From NCBI GenBank assembly GCA_963734545.1, contig CAVTHO010000008.1, forward strand, positions 812,643 through 876,642: a stretch of 64,000 nucleotides of DNA, written 5' to 3'. The notes under the pieces were generated by a model. That model was not told the origin of the DNA. It saw nothing but the letters and a program-made list of their open reading frames with translations, and did no database searches. This document shows positions 9,230 to 18,465 of the stretch, piece after piece. Position 1 is the first letter of the stretch. Each line of letters starts with the position of its first letter. Both the position numbers and the translations under genes were made by a program. This DNA is from an uncultured Spirochaetota bacterium. Lineage in GTDB: Bacteria; Spirochaetota; Spirochaetia; SZUA-6; Fen-1364.

Positions 9230-10447
9230 CTACCCCGCCGATTCCAGTCTCTTCACCAGCTCCGGAACCACTTTGAACAGGTCTCCCACGATCCCGAAAT
9301 GAGCCACGTCGAAGATCGGCGCATTGGGGTCTGAGTTGATGGCAACGATCATGTCGGCGCCTTTCATGCCGGCCAGGTGCTGAATTGCTCCGCTGATGCC
9401 GCAGGCGATATAGACCTTCGGCTTCACGGTCTTCCCTGTCTGGCCCACCTGGTGGGAATAGGGGATCCAGCCCGCGTCCACCGCTGCGCGGGACGCGCCC
9501 ACGGCCCCGCCCGTTGCCAGGGCGAGCTTCTCGATGAGCGCGAAGTTCTTCGGGTCCTTGATGCCGCGGCCGCCCGACACGATCACGTCCGCTTCCACGA
9601 GGTTCACCGTGGCCGATTTCTCCTCCACGAACTCCAGGAACTCGAGCTTCGTTGCAGGAACGGGAATGTGGTTGAGCTCGATCACCTTGCCCTGCGGGTT
9701 GGAAACCTTTTCCGCGGGTGTCATCACCTTGTGGCGCACCGTGGCCATCTGGGGCCTGTGGTTCTGCGTGAGGATCGTGGCCATGATGTTGCCGCCGAAT
9801 GCGGGCCGGGTCTGGCGCAGGAGCATGGTGGCCGGGTCGATGCTGAGCTCCGTGCAGTCCGCCGTGAGACCGGTGAGTATCTTTGCCGCCACCCGGGGCA
9901 GGAGGGAACGGCCCACCACCGTGCCGCCGCCGAGGAAGATCTCGGGCTTTTTCTCCATGAGGATCTCGGACACCAGCTCCGCGTGGACGTCCTCATCGAA
10001 ATCTCCGATGCCGGGGTTGTCGATCATCCACACCTCGTCGACGCCGTAGGACAGGAGCTCATCGGTGAACTTCCTCACCCCGTTTCCCACCAGAATGGCG
10101 CACACCGGGGCAGAGAGCTCCTTCTGCAGCTCGCGCGCCACGCCGATGATCTCCGGCACCACGCTGCCCAGCTTTCCGCGCCGGTGCTCGGCCAGGATCG
10201 CGATACCGGAATACTTCTTTATGTCCTGGCCCTTGAACGTCCGGCGCGTGATGACGATGGCCTGGTAGCGCTTGCATGCCTCCACGCAGGCGCCGCAGAG
10301 CGTGCAGACACCCAGGTCGATGACGGCGGACGGCTTGTCCAGCTTCGCGCCCACCGGGCCCGAGAGCGCAATTGCGTCGTAGGGGCATGACTTCACGCAA
10401 AGACCGCAGCCGACGCAGTTCTGAACGATGACGCGGATCGGGTCCAT
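9230..10447 (-). CDS. etfA: Electron transfer flavoprotein alpha subunit with N-terminal 2x[4Fe-4S] ferredoxin domain
   Basis: CVGCGLCVKSCP and CTLCGACVEAC, GLTADCT, RPAFGGN, QVGQTGK, GISGAIQH. Confidence 0.92.
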   Translation of the reverse strand: MDPIRVIVQNCVGCGLCVKSCPYDAIALSGPVGAKLDKPSAVIDLGVCTLCGACVEACKRYQAIVITRRTFKGQDIKKYSGIAILAEHRRGKLGSVVPEIIGVARELQKELSAPVCAILVGNGVRKFTDELLSYGVDEVWMIDNPGIGDFDEDVHAELVSEILMEKKPEIFLGGGTVVGRSLLPRVAAKILTGLTADCTELSIDPATMLLRQTRPAFGGNIMATILTQNHRPQMATVRHKVMTPAEKVSNPQGKVIELNHIPVPATKLEFLEFVEEKSATVNLVEADVIVSGGRGIKDPKNFALIEKLALATGGAVGASRAAVDAGWIPYSHQVGQTGKTVKPKVYIACGISGAIQHLAGMKGADMIVAINSDPNAPIFDVAHFGIVGDLFKVVPELVKRLESAG

Positions 10448-10457
10448 GTGCGTATCC

Positions 10458-11255
10458 TTATTTCTTCCGAATGGTGATGCCGGCCGCGGCAAGCTCCGCG
10501 AGCAGGGCGCCCACTGTTTCAGCCGGTTCTCCCGTGAACTTCTTGCCCCCGGAAGGCTTGGGCGGAGTGAAGATCTTCATGACCTGCGTGGGTGAGCCGT
10601 TGAGGCCAAGCCTCTCCGTGTCCGCGCCGATGTCGGCGGCCTTCAGCACCGGGATCTCCGCCTTCTTCGCCGCCATCTTGCCTTTCAGCGACGGCAGGCG
10701 GGGAATATTGATCTCTTTCACGACGGTCAGCACGACCGGGAGCCGGGCGGCCAGACGGGCGTACCCCTCTTCCAGCAGCCGCTCGACGACAATGCGTCCG
10801 TCGACGATCTCCTCGATCTTCCTGATATCGGTGACATGGGAGATGCCCAGGTTTTCCGCGACGCCCGGGCCCACCTGTCCCGTGTCGCCGTCGATTGCCT
10901 GCCGGCCCATGAGGATGATGTCAGCGCCGCCGAGCTTTCTCACCGCGCAGGCCAGCGCGTACGCGGTTGCCAGGGTGTCCGCGCCGGCGAACGCCCTGTC
11001 GGAAACCAGACGGGCATCGTCCGCCCCGAGGCTGATGGACTCCCGAAGCGCTTCCACCGCCTGGGGCGGTCCCATCGTGATCACCGTGACGGTGCCGCCG
11101 TGCTTCTCCCGGAGGCGTACGGCCTCCTCGATTGCGTAGACGTCGAAAGGATTGATGATGGACTGCACGCCCTCCCTCACCAGGGTGTTGGTCTCGGGGT
11201 TGATGCGCACATTGGTGGTATCAGGCACCTGCTTTATGCAGACGATGACCTTCAT
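10458..11255 (-). CDS. etfB: Electron transfer flavoprotein beta subunit
   Basis: CIKQVPDT, INPFD, DRAFAGADT, DGDTGQVG, GSPTQV. Confidence 0.95.
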   Translation of the reverse strand: MKVIVCIKQVPDTTNVRINPETNTLVREGVQSIINPFDVYAIEEAVRLREKHGGTVTVITMGPPQAVEALRESISLGADDARLVSDRAFAGADTLATAYALACAVRKLGGADIILMGRQAIDGDTGQVGPGVAENLGISHVTDIRKIEEIVDGRIVVERLLEEGYARLAARLPVVLTVVKEINIPRLPSLKGKMAAKKAEIPVLKAADIGADTERLGLNGSPTQVMKIFTPPKPSGGKKFTGEPAETVGALLAELAAAGITIRKK

Positions 11256-11264
11256 GGCAGCTCC

Positions 11265-12425
11265 CTAGACTTTCGCGCGCACGCTCTCCTTGATGAGCCC
11301 GAGAGCGATCACCTCGCGCTGGATCTGGTTCGTGCCTTCGTAGATCTGCGTGATCTTTGCGTCCCGCATCATCTTTTCGACCGGGTACTCCTTCATGTAG
11401 CCGTACCCGCCGCAGATCTGCACGGCATCCGTGGTGACTTTCATCGCGGTATCGGAGGCGAACACCTTGGCCATTGCGGAGAGACGCGACACGTCCTTCT
11501 CCCCGGCGTCGATGCTGCGCGCCGCCGCGTAGCACAGCGCCCGCGCGGCCTCCACCTGCGTGGCCATGTCGGCCATCATGAACTGTACCCCCTGGAAGGA
11601 GGAGATCGGCTTGCCGAACTGCTTGCGCTCCCGGGAGTAGGCAAGGGCGTAATCCAGGGCACCCTGGGCAATGCCCAGCGCCTGGGAGGCCACGCCGGGC
11701 CGTGACTGGTCGAGGGTCTTCATGGCCACGAGAAAGCCCATGCCCTCCTTTGCAAGGAGGTTCGTTTTCGGGACCCTGCAATCCTGGAACACGAGCTCCC
11801 GGGTGGCGGATGCGCGGATGCCCATCTTGTTCTCCTTCTTTCCGAAGGTGAAACCGGGATGGTCTTTTTCCACGAGAACGGTGGAGGAGCCGCGCACGCC
11901 CCTGGCCGGATCGGTAAGGGCGACGACCGTGTAAATCGAAGCCTCCCCTCCATTCGTGATCCACTGCTTGGTGCCATTGATCACATACGAATCCCCGTCC
12001 GGCTTCGCCGTGGTCTTGATGGCGGCGGCGTCACTGCCGGCGCCCGCCTCGGTGAGCCCGAAAGCGGCAAGGATCTCTCCGGCGGCAAGGCGCGGAAGGT
12101 ACTTCTTCTTCTGCTCGTCGCTGCCGAACAGGATGATCGGGATGGTGCCCAGGCCCGAAGCGGCATACGACAGCGCGATTCCGCTGCACACCTTGGAAAG
12201 CTCCTCAACTACGAGGCACATCTCGAACATGCCTCCGCCCAGGCCGTCGTACTCGGAAGGGACGAAGACCCGGAAGAGATCGGCCTTGGCAAGTGTCTGC
12301 ACGACCTCCCAGGGGAACTCGCCGGTCTCGTCCAGCTCTGCCCTGATCGGCAAAAGCTTCTCGCGCGCTACTTGCGCGGCCAGGTCTTTGATCATTTTCT
12401 GGTCTTCGGTCAGGAAGTAGTTCAT
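11265..12425 (-). CDS. Acyl-CoA dehydrogenase (butyryl-CoA dehydrogenase-like)
   Basis: FGLTEAGAGSD, NGTKQWITN, KMGIRAS, GGYGY, IYEGTNQIQR. Confidence 0.93.
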   Translation of the reverse strand: MNYFLTEDQKMIKDLAAQVAREKLLPIRAELDETGEFPWEVVQTLAKADLFRVFVPSEYDGLGGGMFEMCLVVEELSKVCSGIALSYAASGLGTIPIILFGSDEQKKKYLPRLAAGEILAAFGLTEAGAGSDAAAIKTTAKPDGDSYVINGTKQWITNGGEASIYTVVALTDPARGVRGSSTVLVEKDHPGFTFGKKENKMGIRASATRELVFQDCRVPKTNLLAKEGMGFLVAMKTLDQSRPGVASQALGIAQGALDYALAYSRERKQFGKPISSFQGVQFMMADMATQVEAARALCYAAARSIDAGEKDVSRLSAMAKVFASDTAMKVTTDAVQICGGYGYMKEYPVEKMMRDAKITQIYEGTNQIQREVIALGLIKESVRAKV

Positions 12426-12517
12426 GGCTACCCCTCCTCTTTGGATCCCTTGTCAGGCTTCAATAGATTGGTGACTAAAAAGGTATGATATACAGTGGAC
12501 CATAGGGGCTGGTCGCG

Positions 12518-13672
12518 TCAAGAGGCGCTGACCGGCCTGCCGTAAACGCGGTAACGCTTGTAGATCCGCGCGCCCATGCGGGTCGCGAGCGCCGGCGTAT
12601 AGGGATTGTCGTCGGAGGTAAGGGAAAGGTCTGCCCACTGGTACCCTTTGGCGCGCGCCCGGCGGGCTATCTCATCGATGAGGAGGATGGCCGCGCCGCT
12701 TCCCCAGTATTCCGGCAGGATAAGGATGCTCTTGAGCGCAATGCAGCGCGGCTTGGAGCGCATCCATCGCAGTGCGCGCAGCATGTCCCATGGATACCGC
12801 AGCCCGTTGAGGTGAATGAGCACCTCGTTCACGTTCGGCACGCCGGCAAACCACCCGATGGTTTTCCCTTCGATTTCCGCGAAGAGCACGAAGTCCGGAT
12901 CCGCAATCCTGCTGAATGGCTCCAGCAGGCCTTCCACGGCCTCTCTCTCCCACGGGCGATAGTCCGGAACGTGGGCCATGGATCTGTTCAGAAGCTCCTG
13001 CACCACCTCCACCTCGTTCTGCCATTGTCCGAGGTCGGGCGTGCGGATCCGGATCCAGCCTTTGCGCCTGATGCGCTCCGCAAGCACCGCGGTGCGCGCA
13101 AGCGCCGCGGAAGCAGTGTCGAACGTGAGCTCATAGGCCAGATTGTCGCCCCGCAGCGGCGTGAAGCCGTTGTGCTCGAAGAAGTCCATGTAGTACGGCG
13201 GCGTGTGGCCGCACAGCAGCACGGGCGGACGGTCCCGTCCTTCCACGAGAACGCCGTAGCTGTCCTCATAGTCCAGGTTGAAGGGCCCTCCGAGAGTGGC
13301 GAGTCCGCGCGCGGCTGCCCACTGCGAAACCCGGTCGATCATGGCCTTCGCAATGGCTTCTTCCTTCGCGTACTCGAAAAACCCGAACATGCACTCGCGC
13401 GCGTGCATGCGCGCGTTGTACGGCTTGTCCTCCGCGGCGCAGATCGTGCCCACCGGGGTGCCGCTCTTCCACGCGATGAACTGCTCCGCCTCTCCCCTCT
13501 TGAAGAAAGCGCCGCGTGCGGGATCGAGGGCCTTGGCACGCTCGGAAAGAAGAGGCGGCACCCACTGGGGATCATCCGCGTAGATTCTCCAGGGAAACGT
13601 CAGGAAAAGCCTTTGTTCACGGCGAGTGCGGACGGGCCGGACCTCGATGCTCCCTTGCGGTGTCTGCGGCAT
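12518..13672 (-). CDS. GNAT-fold acyltransferase, YghO/bacterial ceramide synthase (bCerS)-like
   Basis: IYADDPQWVPPL, FGFFE, GPFN, YGVLVEG, PPYY, ARIYKRYRVY; about 385 aa. Start could also be 13684. Confidence 0.7.
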   Translation of the reverse strand: MPQTPQGSIEVRPVRTRREQRLFLTFPWRIYADDPQWVPPLLSERAKALDPARGAFFKRGEAEQFIAWKSGTPVGTICAAEDKPYNARMHARECMFGFFEYAKEEAIAKAMIDRVSQWAAARGLATLGGPFNLDYEDSYGVLVEGRDRPPVLLCGHTPPYYMDFFEHNGFTPLRGDNLAYELTFDTASAALARTAVLAERIRRKGWIRIRTPDLGQWQNEVEVVQELLNRSMAHVPDYRPWEREAVEGLLEPFSRIADPDFVLFAEIEGKTIGWFAGVPNVNEVLIHLNGLRYPWDMLRALRWMRSKPRCIALKSILILPEYWGSGAAILLIDEIARRARAKGYQWADLSLTSDDNPYTPALATRMGARIYKRYRVYGRPVSAS

Positions 13673-13730
13673 GACTGCCTGCATTGTACGCCATCTGTCA
13701 ATTCGACTACACTGCCACGGGAGGGATCCG

Positions 13731-14492
13731 GTGACACTCGCACAACTCGATCAGTGGCTTTCGACATTCCTCGGCATTGGCGCGCTGGAAGACATGGACA
13801 ACAGCCAGAACGGATTGCAGGTCGGCAGCGCGGCGGCAGAGGTGCGGAAAGTCGCATTCGCCGTGGACGCGTCCATGGAAAGCTTTCGCCGGGCAGTCGA
13901 GGCGGGCGCGGACACGCTCTTCGTTCATCACGGCATTCTCTGGGGCAGGCCTGCCCGGATCACGGGCGCGTTTTACGAGCGCGTGCGATTCCTCGTGGAA
14001 CACGGCCTGGCCCTGTACGCGGTGCACCTGCCCCTGGATCTGCACGCCGAGGTCGGCAACAACATCGGCATCGCCCGGCTTCTCGGCCTGAGGGACATCC
14101 AGCCATTCTGCTCGTATCGGGGCCTGAAAATCGGGTGCAAGGGGACACTGCCGGCGCCCGCGCGCCTGGAAGAGATCGTGCTCCGTCTGGGCGGGCGTCA
14201 GGGGGAGCAGATCCGGACCCTGCCATTCGGCCCCCCGATGATACAATCAGTCGGCATCGTATCGGGGGATGTGCCGAGGGAGTTCACGCAGGCGGTCGCG
14301 GAAGGCCTTGACCTGTACGTCACCGGCGAATCCGCCCACGAGATCTATCATCATTGCCTCGAAAGCCGAATCCATGTTATCTTTGCTGGTCACTACCACA
14401 CGGAATCCTTCGGTGTCCAGCTGCTCGCAGACAGGCTCGCGCGGGAAACAGGCGTGGAAACGACATATCTCGACATTCCCACGGGGTTGTAA
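13731..14492 (+). CDS. Nif3-like dinuclear metal centre protein (YbgI family)
   Basis: NGLQVG, FVHHG, HLPLDLH..GNN, TGE, AGHYHTE; SD GGAGG before GTG. Confidence 0.92.
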   Translation: MTLAQLDQWLSTFLGIGALEDMDNSQNGLQVGSAAAEVRKVAFAVDASMESFRRAVEAGADTLFVHHGILWGRPARITGAFYERVRFLVEHGLALYAVHLPLDLHAEVGNNIGIARLLGLRDIQPFCSYRGLKIGCKGTLPAPARLEEIVLRLGGRQGEQIRTLPFGPPMIQSVGIVSGDVPREFTQAVAEGLDLYVTGESAHEIYHHCLESRIHVIFAGHYHTESFGVQLLADRLARETGVETTYLDIPTGL

Positions 14493-15029
14493 ATGATTCT
14501 GAACGTCGCAAAGAGGGACATCAAGTCCAGGCTGCTCCCGCTCGTGCTCTCCGCCGGGATCATCATCCTGGACCAGCTTTCGAAGCTCGTCATCATCTGG
14601 ACCGTGCCGAAGGGCCGCGTGGTTTCTGTCATTGGCGACTTTTTTCAGATCATCCACGTGCAGAACCCCGCCATCGCATTCAGCATCGGCCACGGCATTG
14701 CCTCGGGTCCGCGCCGGACGCTTTTCAGCCTTCTCCCCCTCGCCGTGATCGCCCTCCTTTTCCTCTACTATCTCCTCACCCGTGATCCGCTCACCCGGCT
14801 GCAGAAGTGGACATTCGCTGCGCTCCTGGGCGGCGGGCTGGGCAACTATGTGGACCGCATCATCCGCCCGGAAGGGGTCGTGGATTTTCTGGACTTCAAG
14901 TTCTACGGATTTCTCGGCCTGGCCCGCTGGCCCACGTTCAACCTCGCCGATATGACAGTCGTGCTCGCCGGCATACTCCTCTTCGTGACATTCCTCATCC
15001 CCGCCCGGCCGGCAGAGGAGGCGAAATGA
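14493..15029 (+). CDS. lspA: Lipoprotein signal peptidase II
   Basis: DQLSK, NPAIAFS, GGGLGNYVDR, VVDFL, WPTFNLAD. Confidence 0.95.
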   Translation: MILNVAKRDIKSRLLPLVLSAGIIILDQLSKLVIIWTVPKGRVVSVIGDFFQIIHVQNPAIAFSIGHGIASGPRRTLFSLLPLAVIALLFLYYLLTRDPLTRLQKWTFAALLGGGLGNYVDRIIRPEGVVDFLDFKFYGFLGLARWPTFNLADMTVVLAGILLFVTFLIPARPAEEAK

Positions 15030-15301
15030 GCTCCACCGGGAAGATGGTCCTGTTTTTTCTCGGCGCAACGGTGTTCAACGTCGTTCTGATGATCGGCCTG
15101 GCCGCGCTCTTCGGAGGGCTCATCCTGCTCATTCTCGGCCCCCACGCCAATCCCAACGTGGCAATGCCGTTGATCGTCGTGGGTCTCATCGCCGCCATGG
15201 TGCTCACCTTCCTGATCTACGGCAGAGTGATGAAGTGGATCACGGTGAAGTTCGACCTGCAGAAGCACATTCCCCAGCTCTTCAAAGGCAGAAAGAAATA
15301 G
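15026..15301 (+). CDS. Small two-helix membrane protein (spirochaete-type, follows lspA)
   Basis: MSSTGKMVLFFLGATVFNV..., ATGA overlap with lspA, two hydrophobic helices, basic tail. Confidence 0.7.
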   Translation: MSSTGKMVLFFLGATVFNVVLMIGLAALFGGLILLILGPHANPNVAMPLIVVGLIAAMVLTFLIYGRVMKWITVKFDLQKHIPQLFKGRKK

Positions 15302-15304
15302 GCT

Positions 15305-15820
15305 ATGGAATTCACCCGCGTCATCTGCGAGAGGGAAAGCATACGAAGCTATGACCCGACACGACCGGTGGGGAAAGAGGTTCTGGGGAGGATCCTGGAC
15401 GCCGGGCGCATTGCGCCCTCGGCCGCGAACCGGCAGCCCTGGAAGTTTCTCGTCGTCTCCTCACGGGAGGTGCTCGCCCAGGTCCGTCGATGCTACACGA
15501 AACCCTGGTTTCAGGACGCCCCGCACGTGCTCGTCGTCACGGGAAGAACGGGTGATTCCTGGACCCGGCAGGACGGATGGAACTCCATTGAAACCGACCT
15601 GATCATCGCCATGGACCACATGATCCTGGCCGCGGAGAACGAAGGGGTGGGTACCTGCTGGATCGCCACGTTCGACCCGGTAGCGCTGCGCGCCGCGCTG
15701 GGTCTCGGCGTGGAGGACCGCGTGTACGCAATCACTCCGCTGGGGTATCCGAAGCCCGGTTTCACCAAGAAGGGGCAGAAGCAGAGAAAGAGCCTTCAGG
15801 AAGTGGTACGCTATCTTTGA
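15305..15820 (+). CDS. Nitroreductase family protein
   Basis: RESIRSY, APSAANRQPW, GVGTCWI, LGYP. Confidence 0.92.
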   Translation: MEFTRVICERESIRSYDPTRPVGKEVLGRILDAGRIAPSAANRQPWKFLVVSSREVLAQVRRCYTKPWFQDAPHVLVVTGRTGDSWTRQDGWNSIETDLIIAMDHMILAAENEGVGTCWIATFDPVALRAALGLGVEDRVYAITPLGYPKPGFTKKGQKQRKSLQEVVRYL

Positions 15821-15838
15821 GTCGGGCCGACAGCCCGC

Positions 15839-17512
15839 TCAGTATCCGTCGGATTTGGCGATGTTCTGGTCTTTCTTGTACAGGTCGTTGTACACGAAAC
15901 CGCGGTTCTTCAGATTGTCCTTGACGTGCTGGGGGAAGGGCATCATGCGCCAGAAGATCCCGCGCACGTCCTTGTCCAGCTTCTGCATTCCCTGGCTTTC
16001 CTTGTTGATCCAGAGCGCATAGTCGCGGATGAAATACTCGCGCACGTCCCCGCGCAGCTTGTGCTCGGTGAACCACTGGTAGTACTTGCCCGTGATGCCC
16101 TCTTCCATCCAGTAGTACTGCGCCTTCTCCTTGGCCACCTGCCACCGCAGGTCAGCCAGGGCGGTGAGCACCGCAACCGGAAGGTTCTTGGGATACATGG
16201 GAATGGCGATACGGCCCCGGCTGGTGGCGCGATTGAACTTTTCGAACGGCTCCCAGCAGACTCCCGTATCACCGTAGCTGGCCAGGAGGATCACGTTGGG
16301 CACGATCCGCGTGGTCTGGCTCTTGTAGGTCCTGATAAAGAGACCGGGGTCCATGGCTTCCACCTGCGCCATCTCCCGGATCACATTCTCACGGGTGCCG
16401 ATCTCCTTGATGAGGGGGCGGACGAACTGCGCAAGAAAGATGGGAAAGTGATTCCCCTGCCTTCCCACGCACATCTTTGCCATCTGCCGGATGCTGGCCC
16501 ATTCGTCTACCACGGTCCTCTGGTCTACCGTGCTTTGCGCGTCTACTCCCTCGGACTTGCGTCCCAGTGACTCCAGGTCCTTGTCGATCCGCGCAAGGTC
16601 CCCGTAGGAGGAAACGATCTGGCCGTCCAGGTTCGAGAGCTGGCGGAGCAGCTCCTGGATCTGCGCAAGCGCGGCCTTCTGTGTGGCGGAATAAGCCGCT
16701 TTCAGACCCCCGTACTCCTCGTTCCTGTCGTGGCGGATCAGCAGGTCCACCTGGCCGCGCAGCTGGGACTCCCGTTCCTCGAGCTGTGAGATCTTGGCCT
16801 TCAGGATCGTGATCTCGCTGTCCCGCTGGCCTCTTTTCTTCTCAAAGGCATCCAGGATCTTCTGCCCGGTGGCCTTCCCCTTCTGCTTGACCTCGTCGAT
16901 TGTCGAGGGCCTGACCAGGCCCTTGGAGATCCGCTCCAGCCATTCGTCGACGTACCAGACCGGCTCGCCCACCTGGTTCTCGTACACGATTCGCGAGACC
17001 ATGTCCCGCAGCTCCGGCGACAGGAATCCCGGAGAGAGAATTCCGAAGCGGAGCAGCAGCCGCTTGGGAGTGAGCAGGCCTTTGCCGGCTCGATACGCGA
17101 CCCGGGCGCCCAGTTCCCAGAAGGCGGATATGAGCTGGGCCCGGAAATGGGATTTCTCTTCCGGGTCCTCTGCCTTCATGTACTTGCCCAGCAGCTCGTG
17201 AAGCCGGGTCCCCTCCTCCCCCTCTCCCCCGAGAACCTGCTTGTAGTATTCCTTCTCCTGGAAGAACGGTTTCGGATCCTCCTGGAGCTTGGTGATGGCG
17301 GGGAAGCGCGTGCGGGTGGTGTCTACATCTTCGCCCCGTATCTTCTGCTTTTTTTCGTCGGTGAACAGGGTGTGAAAGTCGGGCTTGCCGGTGGTCTCCT
17401 GGCCGGTCTCAGGCTCCGGTTCGGCAGCAGGCCGTGCCGGCTCTATGTTGAGCAGCTCAGCGAGATCAGGATCGAGGCCGTTTTGAGCAGGCGCCCCTTT
17501 TTTGTTGTCCAT
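15839..17512 (-). CDS. Conserved hypothetical cytoplasmic protein with central coiled coil
   Basis: 557-aa ORF with coding-like codon use, heptad-rich centre, aromatic C-terminal domain (GRQGNHFP, WEPFEK, LRWQVAKE). Confidence 0.8.
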   Translation of the reverse strand: MDNKKGAPAQNGLDPDLAELLNIEPARPAAEPEPETGQETTGKPDFHTLFTDEKKQKIRGEDVDTTRTRFPAITKLQEDPKPFFQEKEYYKQVLGGEGEEGTRLHELLGKYMKAEDPEEKSHFRAQLISAFWELGARVAYRAGKGLLTPKRLLLRFGILSPGFLSPELRDMVSRIVYENQVGEPVWYVDEWLERISKGLVRPSTIDEVKQKGKATGQKILDAFEKKRGQRDSEITILKAKISQLEERESQLRGQVDLLIRHDRNEEYGGLKAAYSATQKAALAQIQELLRQLSNLDGQIVSSYGDLARIDKDLESLGRKSEGVDAQSTVDQRTVVDEWASIRQMAKMCVGRQGNHFPIFLAQFVRPLIKEIGTRENVIREMAQVEAMDPGLFIRTYKSQTTRIVPNVILLASYGDTGVCWEPFEKFNRATSRGRIAIPMYPKNLPVAVLTALADLRWQVAKEKAQYYWMEEGITGKYYQWFTEHKLRGDVREYFIRDYALWINKESQGMQKLDKDVRGIFWRMMPFPQHVKDNLKNRGFVYNDLYKKDQNIAKSDGY

Positions 17513-17522
17513 GTGAGCCTAG

Positions 17523-17596
17523 TGGAGGCGACGGGAATTGAACCCACGACCTCTTGAATGCCATTCAAGCGCTCTAGCCAACTGAGCTACGCCCCC
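17523..17596 (-). tRNA. tRNA-Ala (GGC), CCA not encoded
   Basis: GGGGGCGTAGCTCAGTTGGCTAGAGCGCTTGAATGGCATTCAAGAGGTCGTGGGTTCAATTCCCGTCGCCTCCA folds as a cloverleaf with anticodon GGC. Confidence 0.95.
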
Positions 17597-17609
17597 GGAA
17601 CACGGGAGC

Positions 17610-17639
17610 ATAATAGAGAAATACCCCTCCGCCTGTCAA
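17610..17639 (-). promoter_or_regulatory. Sigma-70 promoter of tRNA-Ala
   Basis: TTGACA-18-TATTAT. Confidence 0.7.
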
Positions 17640-17649
17640 GAACGAACGC

Positions 17650-18465
17650 CTATGTGTCCGCCGCCGCGCGCACGCCGTTGGCGAGAATGCGCAAGCCCTC
17701 ACCCCGGGCGCGGCCGCGGCCGCGCGGGAGGGTCGTTTCCCGCAAGGCCCACTGCGGGTGATTCTCTGCGTGAAGGAACGCCTCGGGGTGGGGCATGAGA
17801 CCGAAGACCCTTCCGGTGGGATCGCAGATACCGGCCACGTGCCCATCGGAACCGTTGGGATCGTCGGGGTAGCTTACATCGTTCCTGCCCGCTTCCCTGG
17901 CCGCGTAACGCACCGCAATGAGACCGCGGCCAGCGAGCGCGTTCATGGCCTCGTTCGTTCTCACCACGAACTTGCCTTCGCCATGCCGCACGGGAAGGTC
18001 CATGTCGGTGAGCCCTCTTGTCCACACGCAGCGGCTGTTCTCTTCGAACCGGACCTTGACCCAGCGGTCCTCGTATTTTCCTGAATCATTGTGGATCAGG
18101 GAAACCTCCTGCGTTCCCTTTCCCTCGAGATTGGGCAGTACTCCCATCTTGACGAGCACCTGAAAGCCATTGCAGATCCCCAGAACGAGACCCCCGCGCG
18201 CTATGAATTCCTGCAATTCATCGCCCAGCGTGCGGCGGAAGAGAGTGGCAAAAACCTTTCCCGAGCCGAGATGGTCTCCAAATGAGAAGCCACCGGGGAA
18301 AGCGAGAATCCGGAAGGTGGACAGGAGGCCCGGTTTCCCGATCAGGTCGCTCACGTGCACCCGGACGGCCTCCCCGCCCGTCCGGTCGAACGCGCAGGCG
18401 AGCTCTTCATCCGCATTGATTCCGAATCCGGTGATGATACAGACCCGCGGTCTTCTCCCTTTCAC
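17650..18465 (-). CDS. purQ: Phosphoribosylformylglycinamidine synthase, glutaminase subunit
   Basis: PGGFSFGD, LGICNGFQ, VRHGEG, PNGS, GLMPHPE. Confidence 0.95.
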   Translation of the reverse strand: MKGRRPRVCIITGFGINADEELACAFDRTGGEAVRVHVSDLIGKPGLLSTFRILAFPGGFSFGDHLGSGKVFATLFRRTLGDELQEFIARGGLVLGICNGFQVLVKMGVLPNLEGKGTQEVSLIHNDSGKYEDRWVKVRFEENSRCVWTRGLTDMDLPVRHGEGKFVVRTNEAMNALAGRGLIAVRYAAREAGRNDVSYPDDPNGSDGHVAGICDPTGRVFGLMPHPEAFLHAENHPQWALRETTLPRGRGRARGEGLRILANGVRAAADT

